Below, in pieces: positions 35,001-48,200 of a stretch of 64,000 bases of DNA (positions are counted from its first letter, which is position 1; each line of letters starts with the position of its first letter). A program made the translations under genes and the position numbers. The notes beneath the pieces are model-generated. The model was not told where the DNA came from. It was given only the letters and a program-made list of their open reading frames with translations, and made no database searches. Origin of the DNA: Neodothiora populina (taxonomy: Eukaryota); contig NW_027191417.1 in assembly GCF_041146345.1 (NCBI RefSeq), forward strand, positions 1,426,001-1,490,000, given 5' to 3'.

Positions 35001-35990
35001 GTCTTGGTAGTTTTGGAAGTGAGGGTGTTCTTGCGGCTGAGCGTGTTGCTCATCATGCTCTCCGTGTTGGCGAGTGTCAAGGTCTGCGTCATGCCGATCG
35101 AGGGGCTCGTCGTGGAAGTCTTCTCTGTGCTCCTCGTGCTGCTGCTGCTCTTGTTGTTGCTCCTCAAAGTGCTCATGATGCTCTTGTCTGTCCTCGTCTC
35201 TGTGGTCTGGGTGTTCTTCTCTTTCCTCTCGAATCTCGGCGGCATGGTCGAGGGCTTCCGACATGACGTCCTCGGTGCGGGCCATGGACTGCTGCGAGGG
35301 TCGACGGGTGGGCGAGAAGTACGACGTGGGAGAGGCGAGGGGCGAGTCGAGAGGTCTGCCTTCCTGCACTGGTTCGGGGAGGCCGGCGGGACGGTGGAAA
35401 CTCGACACTCTCGACACCGACGGACTCGTGACGTATCCTCCGGGAGAGTAGCCACCCCAGCGAGCGGCGGTGTTGACGTCGACGATGGAGTTGGAGTAGG
35501 AGCTGGTCGAGGCGTTTCGACTGCGGTTGAGGTTGTTGTTGTTGTTGTTGTTGTTGTTCGGATGAGTCGAGTTGGTCGTGTAGATGAAGGCGGACGCTGC
35601 AGACACACTGACACCACTCTCGCCGCTGCCTCGCCTTCTTCCTTCTCTCGAGGCGTCTCTAGTTGATGTTCGATGGAGATGATGATGAGGATGATGATTA
35701 TGATGATGGGAAGAAGAAGAAGAAGACGAGCGGCGGGACTGGAAGCCAAACGACGACGCTCTGTCCTGCTCTTGTTTCATCTTGCGGATCTCATCTCCAA
35801 TGTCCGAGCCTCCCTGACTCAACTCTTCGGCCGACTGCTCCAGTTTCTCTATGTTTTTGACATAGGCTCCGTGCATGGTTTGTAGGTCGGGAACAGGAGA
35901 GCGAATGCTGACGCTGCCTTCGGCTGACACGGTGCGTAGAGGCGCCAGCTCAGGCCGGAACGTCGTAGAAGGCGCGACCCGACCCTCCAT
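32094..35990 (-). CDS. Large fungal hypothetical protein, mostly disordered, with Q/M/G-rich C-terminus
   Basis: About 1298-aa intronless ORF from MEGRVAP (ATG 35990). Ordered-looking islands (YPAPVPRMLNLPKRLS, LPPQLRASVFFD, PTTLLAELQARK) amid poly-H, poly-N and poly-Q tracts. Confidence 0.8.
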   Translation of the reverse strand: MEGRVAPSTTFRPELAPLRTVSAEGSVSIRSPVPDLQTMHGAYVKNIEKLEQSAEELSQGGSDIGDEIRKMKQEQDRASSFGFQSRRSSSSSSSHHHNHHPHHHLHRTSTRDASREGRRRGSGESGVSVSAASAFIYTTNSTHPNNNNNNNNNLNRSRNASTSSYSNSIVDVNTAARWGGYSPGGYVTSPSVSRVSSFHRPAGLPEPVQEGRPLDSPLASPTSYFSPTRRPSQQSMARTEDVMSEALDHAAEIREEREEHPDHRDEDRQEHHEHFEEQQQEQQQHEEHREDFHDEPLDRHDADLDTRQHGEHDEQHAQPQEHPHFQNYQDALHYIPPFEDFRSGTPDTYRQARSLFRDFDGVHFSPTTENFVEYDDEGNEVNRLTSEEYREQVERQQHHQQQQQQSRMSRMSRMTMGGRPMSYAHPPPGENMTFYPAPVPRMLNLPKRLSQLPAAKINPQRHSYMPSAPAAAPPPAAEERRSVAWLPALDFEHEHEGQHSHPQSPNEHPEHQEEAEDADVHSPLHSAPPLKQRQSYMDPRLSRMNMANLPPQLRASVFFDPPSVQHDVKVRESAGATLDGILAASVNAPVNVFTDHPFAGPVGAEVYAKSPPTNRRSSTLIDFAKSADAANSQPMPEQQHKRSTSATVGAPLQKRNSIVSMLTDLGNPGGNKLKKRNSRLSLATDLGLARVEDGPAADEPVTEAELEAHAAARQRDIAALRSSANGGDQDAGADEEDYEERQFEEKYPFFAQPTTLLAELQARKAQQKTRNRTAFDVGPNGMHSTLLQMDAVAQIERSKKQKQRTRLAWEDPLLQEQDQQEEEEDEDVPLGVLFPERNGLVNRGRAGQKQANDWNKPLGLMERRELEDNEPLARRRNRLRGISPDHHLRIRAQQQALLRQQQEAEFAAANIPLPSDDDEDEAQHANETLGERLKRLRREQVLNSALGDLAGEDETKRMSVFSDDVLGQFGTLNEAKDEPADPKPTAESLAVKPVTTDNAQEHEGETLGQRRARLQRERAGLSQEQRNVSNPESADASTVRPPLRTSVSLANLLAVHPVGANSGIGRFSHEAAPDSLLGKNSKAEKEARSKLMAQNARSTSYNHPPPRPGLFPSKSTPNGLATAQAPSSAQGYQSQMRYPQQQQYPQQQQQQVYPQMQSGTGMPMGGMGMGMGLGMHTVPQQQNSMYNMYPQFAQPTAYAGMGGMGMGMGMNVGMNQNAGLMQQQQQQSMYGGYNNNSAYMMQNYGVPGFGGAHLQHQMNGGGYAPQQQQQQQLQHFDEPQYEQGQRDLVDRWRLSIAR

Positions 35991-38900
35991 TTTTAGTAAC
36001 TTTGAATCGGTTCGCAATATGCATATGTATTGCAGTGCTGGTTGATTGCAGTTGGGTACAAGTATAATGCTACTGTACAATACAATATGCAACATGCAAC
36101 ATGCAATTACCAGCGACTGCTATCACTACTGGTACTGCACTGCTCCGTACTGTGCTGCGCTGCGCTGCTGGTGCCCCTCGTATCCGTGTGCGGTATACGG
36201 TATATGCTAACGAGGGACGTGGGAAACGCGGGACGTGACTTAGCAATCGTGCAGGCCAAGGCAGGGTAAGGTATTTTTGGACCACTCGGAATGAGTCGAG
36301 ATAATAGTGGGAGAAAGGAATGACCTTCTGTGGCGCAGTAATGGTAGGAGTGCAGTTGTAAGGTATTATTACTGTCGCTATCGCTTCACGTCAGTGTCTT
36401 GTGCATCATCTCTTTCTTCGCGAGAGACATCTACAGTACTGTACTGACAAGAGTAAAAAAAAAAGAGCAAGGCCTAAACAGGTCTCAGGTGGGAAACAAG
36501 CAAATCTCCAGGGACCGTTGACTCTTGAACTTGGATGGCGGCAACAGAAAAAGTGGTCGACAAGGAATCAAGACTCGACTCGATGCTCGGCGAGACATGT
36601 CCAGTACATATCCTGTCCCTCTCACCCTCTTATCTCTCCCCTTGGTTCCTGTTCAGCATATACTGGAACTAAACAAATACCAGCTCCAAGCATCTTGCAC
36701 ATCGCACACGGGGATCGTCCTGTTTGTGTTCAAGCGTACCGCCGATTTGCCTTGCCCTGGCCAGCCTTCAAGGACGCCCCCCCCCCCCGGTCTCTTGGGC
36801 CTTTTGGGTAAAACTCACCCGAAAATAGCACGCCGCCCTAATCCAATAACCATGTGCAATTTTACACGCTAACTCTGCTGCTTGTGTTTCGACCACGCGC
36901 TGTTCCTGTTCTGCTGTCCTGCTTCTGTCTGTACTGTTCTTCCAACAACAGGAATACAGACATCTCGATGGGGACAAATCAGAGACATTTCCAAGTGAGA
37001 GATATAGTATGGTAGAGGTGATCTTCTTGTATCGTGACCACCTGCAGTCTGTGTTCAGTCCGCACTGCAGCCTCATTACGACATGGTCTCACGAGCGCCA
37101 TTCTACGCACTGCACCACAGACTGTGCATCACACCGTTTTTCGCTATCTTATCTTGACGGGATACTTGTACACACGCCTCTTTCCACGCAGCGTCGCGAA
37201 ACAACGCGAACGCGCACTGCTTCGACTACTTCTCCCTGGTCTTTCAAGGTACACGTATTATAGAGTAGGGTGTCTTACCTCGCCATTGCATCACTGCCAT
37301 TAGACTTTGTTATTGTCTTATGGCAATCTGAAACTCCCACGCATGCTTGTCTGAGGTGAGGTGTCAAAATGCCTCTGCCCCGCGTCCGCGTCTTGTGTCT
37401 GTGTCGACGCCGGCGGAAAAGGTTCCATAACGGCATGGGCGTGCTGTGCTGTCTATGCTCAGGACAGGACATAATAATTGCCCTGAATCTCTGTCCCCAG
37501 GCACAAGCCATGCTGATACAAAATTCCACTCTCGACTGCAAGGTACACCACCCTTGCTTTATCCTTGTCAATTTCCCAAACATTTGCCGATCGCGAAGCC
37601 AATAACACGATACCTGTTCAGGCCGTAAACCGATTTACCCGCCCGCTCGACTTGTTTTCTCATCCTTGCTGAGATCCTTGATCACTGCGGCTCGAGTCGA
37701 TTGACAGATAGTCTACTCTGCTTTGCTCTTATCTTAACTTTTTCTTTTCACTTCCGGACCGCGAGGAGCCGTTGCAGCAGCAACAGCAGCATCCAGCTTC
37801 ATCTCAGCCACTTAGAACTCCGAGATAAACCTTCTTGTTCATGTCAATCATGCGTGCATGCATGTGTGCATATTGCCTATAATTTGCCTGCATGAGATAA
37901 GCTGGCGCGTTCAGCGAAGCCTTTGTCGTCCGTCGCACACTGCGGATTATCTCTTGTCTTTCTGATCGACGCCGGTATTAGCTGTGATCGTCTTTGGTCG
38001 AGACAGACCTGTGCTTAAGGCCTATCATCTCGATTGTTGTATTCCCAACCACACCACACTTTCAACACAGCCAAATGTCACATTTCCTCGATATCAAGCC
38101 TCAATTCCGCTTGCTTTCCGTCACAATCGCATACTGGTCAGTACCTTATTTACCTCACTTATCGCCTCCTCCCGCTGATCATATTGACGAATGACGAACC
38201 CTGCCCGAAAGCATTCTTATATATAATATATGACCACCCCATCAATTCACACTTCTCTTATCCTTACCAGCTACACCTCATCCCTACAACACACGCATCC
38301 TTGTATATTCCTTCCTTTCAATTGTCTTCGGGACCCCAATCAACCCACGCCCAGGTTCTTGTCACCAGGCGAGAACATGCGAGATAACGAACCGCGCTCG
38401 CTTCTTGGGTCGCTCGTCTATGTCTGCGTTGACGTTTGCCGAACGTGACGACGTCTTGTGTGACCATGTCTATGATGGCTTGTATGCACGTACTGTATAT
38501 GAGTATTGTACCTGGGCGCCGCGAGGCTGACTTGGCGTGTTATGCCTCGCGCACCCCCACGCCCCCTCCCCATGTCACTTCGTCCCGCTGCATGAAGCCG
38601 GCGACTGGACTGCAATTCCAATGCCGTGCACCAGAAGGCGCATATATGTATGCATACATCACATTTGACATTGCATATGGTTGGCTTTCTGATCATGTAG
38701 GTGTCCTTCATCAGTCCTGAAATTAGAGGCTGGCGTTGTGGTTTCATCATTGGCGACGATATGGCGATGCAGACAGCTTTGTGTTCAAACATGTCATGCT
38801 TTGTCTATTGTCTCGCCGTCTTGTTACGCCACGAGACGCTTTGTCTCGCAGATATTGGTCATACACAGGAAGCTGGACTTGACGCACACGGCCAAAGGCA

Positions 38901-39748
38901 TTGATGTGGTATGCTTCGGTCAATTCATGGCTCGAGGTCAAGACCGGATCCGATTAGATCAAGTGCGAGTGATTGCTCGATTTTCCTTTCCAGAGGTCGA
39001 TAAATCTCGAAGTGGATCCTACTGTGTACGCCCGCGCGGGCATATCAAGTCTCTGCTTTTCTTTTTTAGATCAGGTCTCGACAAGATGGGGAAGGAATAG
39101 TCAAATCAGGCAAGGAATGACACACGAGAGAACGACTTATCTCTTTGGCAGGGAGATATCTACAGTAGGGGCGAAGAGAGGGGGAGGGCCGGCTACTTTC
39201 ACATAGTCTCCAAGTTCAATTCATCTAGCACCAATGATAGAACTCCAGTTGGGTATGTGTTCAATGCTATGTTGGACTCCATTTAACGTTGCATTCTGCT
39301 CGTTGTCCCGTTCTACCCAGCAGTTCCTGACCATGTAACAACATGCGGCTGATGGGAGAATGAGAAAACAACGCCATCGCTTGCCCGAACCAAATATCCA
39401 TAGAACCAACTCATCAATATTTGCTTGTGTCGTGTGTGGTCTGAAGCAGAATACCAGAAAGCCATCCGTTTCCTTGTCCGATATACGCTTCTCCGGCCGC
39501 CAGGTCAGGCCGAGAAACGACTCCTCCCTATTAAAGTGAGAACACCAATATCTCAGCCCCTCGCCATGAGTTCTGGCGCAGAGAGAACCCAGCCTTCATG
39601 AAAAAGTCCGGTGGTCACACCGCATGTGGAATTGCCTCTCCTCCAGACGTGTTCCATGAACTCGACTTCTACACTCATCTCCCCGCCACATCTCGCTCCT
39701 GCATCCATCCTTCTCAACCATCACTACTCGACCTCACCAGAGAACAGC

Positions 39749-40512
39749 TCAGACCTCTCCCTCGTCATCATCATCGAAAATAGACCGTTTGACCTTCTGC
39801 TTTCCTGCAAGTCCAGATCCATTGCCGTGTTCCCGTTCACTTGCACGTCCACCAACTCCAGAAGTCCCGGTAGTATCGTTCGCGGAAACAGCGCCACGAC
39901 GACCGAGCTGCTCACGAGGAATGCTCACGAAAGGTTTCTCGTCGATTTCGGTTTCCAGCTCCGAGGCGTTGTCGTCGTGGTCGTAGTCGGGGCCGAGGTC
40001 TTCGTTTCTGATAGATCCCTCGATCTTTTCATCGGCACGACTGCCGCCGTCGCCGGTGGGGGCCACATGAGTGCGCTTGGTCTTGCTATCGATACTAGGG
40101 TTCTGATCTTTTGGGGTCTTGTTATTGGAGAGTGGATCCGCTGCCCTAAGGCTGCATTTACGACTTTTGGCCACGAGCTTTGGTTTTGCGGCTTGGTTGT
40201 TGTGGTCGGAGTCGTGGGCTTTTTGCATTTTGGCAAAGTGTTGGCTACCAAGGGAGTTAAGGGTCAGATCTTTATTGGTTTCTAGGGAGAGAAAACACAG
40301 AGCACGGCAGGAAGGGAGTGAACTGGGAGGGAAGAGGAGAGAGGAAGAAAAGGGAAATAGAAAAGAAAAACATACCGAACAGCTTCCTTGCTCTTGCCAA
40401 CTCTTAGACCGACTTCTTTCCAGTCAAAAGAAGACGAGCTACCGTTGGCTTGGATCATGGCCATGAGGAGGTCACGCTCGTCTTTTTCTGTCCAGTGACT
40501 GCCGTGTGGCAT
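39749..40512 (-). CDS. Small Myb/SANT-like domain protein with charged disordered tail
   Basis: Exons 40512-40376 and 40244-39749; intron GTATGT..TAG joins AVR/QHFAKM. N-terminus WTEKDERDLL..DWKEVG..GKSKEAVRQHF has Myb-type Trp spacing. Confidence 0.7.
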
Positions 40513-42539
40513 CTTGTTCTCTCTTCTTTCCTTCGCTTTCTTCGTCAAAGTGTTATGTAGAGAGAACAGAGGGTCGAGGGGACTGATGTGCGTGTGTAGA
40601 TGCTAAGCGCTGACGCTTAATGAAGAGTGAGTGGGAGTGTGAGAGAGATAGATATGAAGAAACTGTATGTGTAAGTGTGTAGAAGAAGAAGGATGGATGC
40701 AAAGGATATATCAGAGCAAAGTAAAGTGAAGAAGCAAGAAAAAATATAGGTCAAGTAAGCCACAAAGGTGAAAGTGAAGTCCAGACGAGCAGAAAAAGAG
40801 ACTTGGTGTACTACTAATGCTACTGAAGAGTCACGTTCGCCGATTACACTTGCTCTTCTGGTGTTATTGTGTAATATCGTATTTGCTCGGGCAGTAAACG
40901 TCGACAAAGCAATCTGTGGTGCATTTCACTGTACTTGCTTGTGCATTCAGAGAGTAAAAGGCCATCATAGCCACCTTAAGTACTTCCTCGCTAGTGAGTG
41001 ATCTGTTTAGATCTCAGCTGAAAGCTGCGAGGTAGAACCCGGGTATTCAATGCTGTACTCGCGTTATAACACCAACTTCCTCGACTAGATGTGTTAGAGA
41101 AGCGAGTACAGCATGAGACCGAAAGACTTAAGATCCTCTTTAGCTCAAAGTTGCTTAGCAATACGGTCATTATAACAGAAACGAAGACGTTAGCGACTAT
41201 AGATAGAGAGACGGGATTCCAGACGGAAAAATCCAAAGCTATGTTGATAGTATTTTCTAGTCAGAGGATATTTGCACCCTCCTGCTTTTAAGAGGATCGT
41301 TTAGATACAAGAGCTTAGAGAAGTAGAAAGTGTTTGCGACTGGTGTTGTTCATACCTTTCGATACTTTAGCCGAGTCAAACACCCGTTCGTCTACCAATT
41401 CGTTTGCGATGCTTACCTTATACACTACCTACTATTGCGATTGCTGCTACTACTTCTACTGCTATCTTCCACTGCTATCACTACTACTATAACAACAACA
41501 ATAACAGATTACATCTTCGTATACAAAAATCGAGTATCAGAAATCACAATCTAACAAGCCGACAACGAAATAAACCCACAACCTTTCCACTAATTACCGC
41601 TTACCCACAAACTGACAAAACGTTGATCCGCCGTCGGTCTCGCAAAAAGCATCCGTTCGGAACCTCATGTTACCATCGGGAAGCACGGCTCTCAACTCTC
41701 CATTATGTAGCTTTGACCACCTCCAACCCCCCGATCTAAGCATGGGGCTCATCTGGCGAAAATCTGGCATGGGTGTGACCGAGCCATGGAACCTATTCTC
41801 TCTTTTACTGTGGACACATACGTCTGAAGGGTGCACACGTGCATACCTTATACTTCAATGCATGAGCCTACTGCAAGGGACGGTACGCTATGCTGTGCTA
41901 TGCCATGCTCCGCTCTCATGGACTTTTTGTTCTCTAGTGGTGGCGTTGCAACAATCCCTTCTTCATATGACAATTCACTCGTGCACACAAGACACAACTT
42001 CTTATTGTTTTCAGATCGTGTATTGATTTCATTCTTGGACCGTGACAGAAAAGATCATTCTAATTTCCTAGATGAAAAGCTGGCAAAACAAAAGATACAT
42101 GCAGAAATAAAAGACAAAATTCATTTCCAATTTTCGACAAGTGACTGTTCTTCTTCAGCCTATACTGAAATGCAAGCAAGTGGCAATGACAATGATAAGC
42201 CGTGGTTCTCTTCATACATAAGACATCAGGGAATGAGACTAGGCTCATAAACCGAAGAAACGTAAAAACAAAAATTGACAACAGGGGAATCTATCTATCT
42301 ACAGGGGCAAGGGAGGGGATGGCGGTTTGAAACAAGGAACGAGCTTGGCTAATAGTGAGTTTGCTGAGACTGGAAATTGTTGCGTCGTCAAAAATAGAGA
42401 AAAACAGGAAAAGGACCGAGGGTCGTGAGGCGTGAAATGATGGGAGCTGGTGGCGTGCTGGTCATTCGCATCAAGAGGCCGTTAAATTCATACTCGTACG
42501 AGAGCCGTGAGGACGTTATCGGAAAGGGAGTTGCAAGAT

Positions 42540-45262
42540 TTAGTTGGCGCGGATGACGAGCTTCGACAGAAACTTGTTCGAGAGACAGTCGAAGTTGGTC
42601 CGATCAAACTTGGCTTCAGTAGATCTGCTGCGAAGGTATTTTTCTATTCCAACATAAGTCAGTCATGCAAAATTAAATGCTCTTTGATATCAGACTTACC
42701 ATGCTTGATCACATGCTCTTTAACTTCAGTCAATGCATCGCAGATGGCTGGGTTCGAACCGAGGAGGTGGTGGTGCTTGCGAGTGTCCCATTCCATGAAC
42801 GTCGGCAACTTCTGGCTGATGGCCTGGAAAAGACCAACAATAACACCAACAGGGGTCGTCTCCATGTCGTTGCAGAACTTGTTCACCGCCTCCTCGTCGG
42901 GGGTGCGGTAGTGAGCATCGAACTGCATCTCCTCCCAGATTGCAAGGAGGATTGCAGCCAACATGAAGATCGTAGGCCAATTCTTGAGCTTCTCTCCGCT
43001 GTACACGGAAGAGTAGAGCGACGACAACTCCTCCAAAATGTCCTTTTGCAGGTCGCGCCACATGTCCGCCAAGGCACACTTGACTTGAAAGTTGATCATG
43101 ACTGGTGCCATGGTCTTTCCATTGAACTTGCTCTCCTCGTCCTCAATCTTACCATTGGCCAGCTCCTCCTCGCTGAGACCCTCGACCATGGTCACCTGAA
43201 GAGTCAGGTTGTAGGCAACAACAAGCTTGAGAGCCTTGCGGATGACCTGAGACTTGGAGTTCTTCCAGTAACGGTGAGCAGTCTTGAGCATCTCGGTCAA
43301 GAATGGAGTACCCTCAAAGTGTTCATCAACAAAGTAGTCAAAGCCCTTCTCGAGGTGACGGTCAAGGTACTCGGACAGAAGACTAGTCGAGACACCTTCC
43401 ATCCCGGCAGACAACTTGGCGGTAGGAACCTCGAACTGAACTGGCTCCGTGGTCTTCTCCATCCAGTCCATGCTGAAGCATTTGTCGTCGCGTACGTAGA
43501 TCTCACGAGCGTTGATGGGCAGATAGTGGCCATAGCCGTGGGTGACGTAAATGAGACGCTCGGTCTGCGAGAACCCCTTAATGTTGCCGATAGAGAAGCC
43601 TAGACTGATGTGACGTTCGTAATCGGCCTTCCAGTCCTTCATGAAGAAACCAATGTCTTTGATGTCGATACGAGTACACGGAACCTGCCACAGCCTAGCG
43701 TGAGAGGGTCGGCAACCACCGCAAGGGTCACCCTTGTCACAGGTCTTCTTGAGGAACTTGCAACGCAAGCAAGCACGGAGCTTCCTGATCTCGTGTGCTT
43801 GCTGACGCTGATCAGGTCGAAGAGGGCCACGACGACGGCCAACTCTCTTCTCACCGTTAGTGCCGTCCTTGCGTCCAGGAGGAGAGGCGGCTTTCTTGAT
43901 GACTGCCTTGGTGTTCTTGGTCGACGCATTGGTAGGGCTCTTGCGTCTTCTCGTGGGCGGCGAAATGGGGCTGGAGGCACTCGACGAAGTTGTCGAAGGC
44001 TGAGGCACAGTCACAGCATTGGACGCAGCAGCAGCGGCGGCAGCAGCGGCCACCGGGCTCACAGCAGGCGATGACGAAGAAGGCGAGTGCTCATGTGAGA
44101 TACCACAGGTGCTGTCGTGCTCAAAGTCAGAGCTGTGACGAGAGTGAGACACCTCGTGGTGGACATGGTCTACTGTAGGGTAACCCTCAGAAAGTGGTGA
44201 GTACATGGGGAAGGGGATGTCCTCGTAGCTGCCGGACAATTGAACGGAGCTAGAAGAATCTTCGAAAGAAGAGTCCGACGTAGAGCGGATGTGGAGCGTT
44301 TGCCCCGGGTTGAAAACTGCATTCGTGGTGGTAGGATACTCAACACTGTGTCTGGAAACAGGGAAGTCGACTGCAGTCCAGCCGTTGTCACTGCTCGACA
44401 GAGAGCGAATCTCGAGGTAAGATCCCGTCGGCGAGCTACCGGGCAGGCTAGACTGTACATATTCACCGTGTTGGTGACCGAGGTTCTGCATGCCCATGTG
44501 GAACATGACCTCGCTTTGGTAGTCAGGCAATGGATAGGCCAGGGCATTCATCGAGTCCATAGGCCCAGCCATCGTCATGAAAGCACTCGAGTGCATCTCC
44601 GGGCCCAGTTGCATGCCATGTTGCAAGTCCGAGGCGGTGACAGGCAGGTAGTCGACAGTGGCGCCCTGCAGAGGAGCTCCATACGAATGGTCAAATGCAC
44701 GATCCAAAGTGTTGTCGTGAGTAAATGCCTGATTGGCAGGCGAATACGAAAATTGCCACTCGGGATTTAGCAAGTTCGGGCCGTTAGTGTGAGCCATGTT
44801 CTGAGCGTAGCCGAGTCCGATGGCAGCGGATTGCAGAGCGGGATGAGAAGCATTCGACAACGTGTGTTGATGATTTCGTCGATGCTGGCTTGACATGAAA
44901 TCTCTGTATTCAGAGTGAGAATTTTGAGAGTGGTCCTGTTGCTGTTGCTGGTGCTGATGTTGATGTTGGGGCTGCTGGTGGGGCTGATATTGATGTTGAT
45001 GTTGATGTTGCTGCGGTTGCTGCTGCTGATGTTGATGTTGTTGTTGTTGTTGCTGCTGCTGTTGTGAGTGTTGCAGCATTTGTTGGCCCAGACCGTGTTC
45101 TTGCTCGAGGGATTCGAGCTCAAATGGCCAATTTGCGGGGATCAGTGAGGATTGAGGATATCCGGTGCTGGTCGTGGAGTTGTTGTTCGCGACGTTGCGG
45201 GAATCGGTAAAGTCAGCATACGCCAACAGATTATCCGGCGAAGTAAAGTCAAGGTTGTCCAT
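42540..45262 (-). CDS. Zn(II)2Cys6 fungal transcription factor with internal zinc cluster and poly-Q/H N-terminus
   Basis: Exons 45262-42700 and 42643-42540 (ends LSKLVIRAN*). CLRCKFLKKTCDKGDPCGGC-x11-C preceded by basic RRRGPLR. Confidence 0.88.
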
Positions 45263-48200
45263 GGCTTTTCTTCTTTCTTTGTTCGATTAGGTGATCACTA
45301 TATCGCAAGTAATCAAACAATCGGATCAGGTGGATTCTGCCAGCGTGGGCAGGGGGAAAATTGTCGTGGCGGCGGAAATTCGACGAGGTCAGCAGCGACG
45401 AGGGTTTCGACCTTGACCGCCGTGACTTGAGTGAAGATGGGACACAGGCAGTACAAGAATCAGCGGAGTAAGCAGGGTTGTACTGTGCTGCCCCGCGCAA
45501 CTTGCGTGCCCTGCACCCGATGGTGAAGAGCGAAGTTGCGGTGTGCAAGGAGCACCCACCAGCCAATGGCCGCTAATTAATGGCGCCATGCATAGACCTA
45601 ATGCACGACAACCTCTAGTCTGCTCACTTGCTACGTCTTTTCCCAAAGGCGATATTGGATCAATGGATCAAATGGACCCATATACCCCTCCGAGGCGTGG
45701 CCCTGCCTGTTGTGTATCGCCGCCGCGGCTGACCATCACCTCACGCTTGCCGTTCTTGTTGCTTGGTCGTCTCGTCCGACATGCGCGACCGACGGCCATG
45801 CCATGGCCATGGGTGAGTGAGGGAAGAAGCCGACAAGGGTGCCGCAAGTACCTACAGTCGTGCTTACAGCACCTACACTACCTACCCTGCCCTCTCACGC
45901 GCAAGACCCCTCCTCGCCCTGCGCTGTGCTGCGTTGCACGCACATCGTCGGACGAGCTTCTTGATAAACGATGAATACAATCAGGGTCTAAGCCTTCGTT
46001 ACGTTCCATTGCCTTGCTCTCCAACGCCCCCGTTACAAAACCCCGAGCCAACTCGAGCTTCTGTACTGAAATTCCACCGCACAGAACACGGGCTGCTCAG
46101 GCGGCCTCGGATGCTGATCACAGGCCGGTCCTTGAATCGTGTCAATGCCGAGAACCTAGGAACCACCAGCCTCATAACGTACAGCACTTTAACTCAGGGT
46201 TCAGTCGTTCTCCATATCAATCATTATTTTCTTTGAAACTCTTTTCTTCGCGCTATCGGACAAACGAGTCAAGACGGCACGACGGACAGCGGCAGCAATT
46301 CGGTACAGCAGGATCAGGCAACTCCTTTCGCTTTTAAGGTCCGCCTGGTTTATGCTTCACAGCTTCGTCTGCATAAGTGCCCCCCACGTGTACAATAGCT
46401 CGCGATCCAATCGGCACAAACACTGAATCAGGGACACATTCCATGACCATATCACATGTTTCCGCCATGTAGTGCATATTCCTACCACTGCTGTAGTACG
46501 ACTAAGTAGAGCTATGCAAGGAGACTCTCGACCTCGAGGTCACGTACTGTGCAAATTTGGCGCGGAAAAAGGGAAAACGAAAGGTACATCGCATCGTTCC
46601 GCGAATGATAACGCACCATTTAGCCCTTCACCATGTCGTTGATCTCTTCAACATTGCGCCACACTAGTAGACGACCACAGCCATGCATGAATATTGACTA
46701 TGGCTTCGATGTCCATGCACGCTGTCTTGCAGTAAGTGTCACTCATGTCATGCGGACCGGATGATCCACCAATCTTCATTGACGAAATACTCGCCTTATT
46801 GTAGACGAAAAAAACCCAATTTGGACTTTGTTCCTTGAGATGTGCTGTATACCTACCAAAGTACGCTGACTGTAAGGTGATTGCCGAAGTTCGGTCCCCT
46901 TTCCGCTGTGCTTGGTCTTTTCAGCATTTGGCAATCGCAGTCCGGTGATCAGTGGAGACACTCCAGGTACGGGAATAACTTTGCACTCTACTGTCTCGTA
47001 TCTCATTGCAACGCTAAGATAAGAGTACTACGTGTTGTTTTACGACTGTGTGTACAGTACATACCAAGCTAAGGCGCATTGATTCTATACGTGAGTGTAT
47101 ATTCGGCGGAACTACACTTTGATCGCGAGTCGTATACACACCCACTTACAGTATGTACACATTCACATACAGGGACATGTAAGCGTGCCATTTGCGGTTC
47201 GCATCGTACCGCACCACCCCTGTAAGTTACCTGTACATGATCGAGTTGCAGTAGAACGCACCTGGCCATTGGGCACGCATCCTTGCTTCCCACGCTGGCG
47301 CCTAACGGCTTCTTCTCCGCTATCCACTTACCTCATGTCATTTTACCTTGTAACGGGCGAAGCGACCTCGTGATATGGAAATTCAGAGATCGTTCGCTGC
47401 ATCCATGAACGACCTTACAATCCATCCTGCGCAAACTCGTGCGAGCCCGCCGGCCGAGTGTTTAGCCGTGCCAGGGAGTGACTACCAAGCCGATATCCAC
47501 TAAAACTTGGCGCCTGGCCGCTACCCTGCTATCGAGGGTTCGGGAAACATTTGACGACATCGCCACGAAGACCTGCGCATGCTAAGCTCATGGTATAGTA
47601 GATGACGCTCAATTCTGGTAACAATAGATGACTGTGGGTGGTTTCGATCAGATTATTCATAGTCCAAGTGCGTTGATCCACGTCTCTAATTCTCGTCATC
47701 AATGGTCGCTGGTCAACCGAGAAGTAAACAAATAGCATCTTTTCTCCGCCGAACGGGCCTTTATGGCGAAAGAAGGAAGCGACCCTGCGGTAAGGTGCTG
47801 CCCCACGTCATGCTACTACTGTATATTACTTCTCGCTTCGGCAATTGATGGTCTATTCTGTCTTTGTTCGTTGAGGTCGAAGAGGGGCTCACTATCGGTA
47901 CGGACCGAGTGGATACAACTCTACCTCCGTAGTCAATGCCCACTCGATCGTACATCGCACTTGCACAATACAGTACACTGCCCATTCTCGAACAAGAAGT
48001 GCTAATCCAAGGTGGAGAAGACCCACCGGGAAATCACTCCCTCTGTCTCCATCTCAACGAAAGGACCAGTACAGTACCTCTTGCTGTACCTTGTGACCGA
48101 CGCATGACCGCAGCCATTCTGGATCGAGGCCATTTTAATCTGGTGAGTGAGGGTCCCATCTTAGTACCCCGATCAACGCAGGAACTGATGAATTTCATGC

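Noticed and set aside
39611..40285. 224-aa hydrophobic plus-strand ORF
   Set aside because: Mirror of the charged exon 2 of the Myb-like gene; non-ATG start.
42677..43603. 308-aa plus-strand ORF
   Set aside because: Antisense shadow of the Zn2Cys6 gene.
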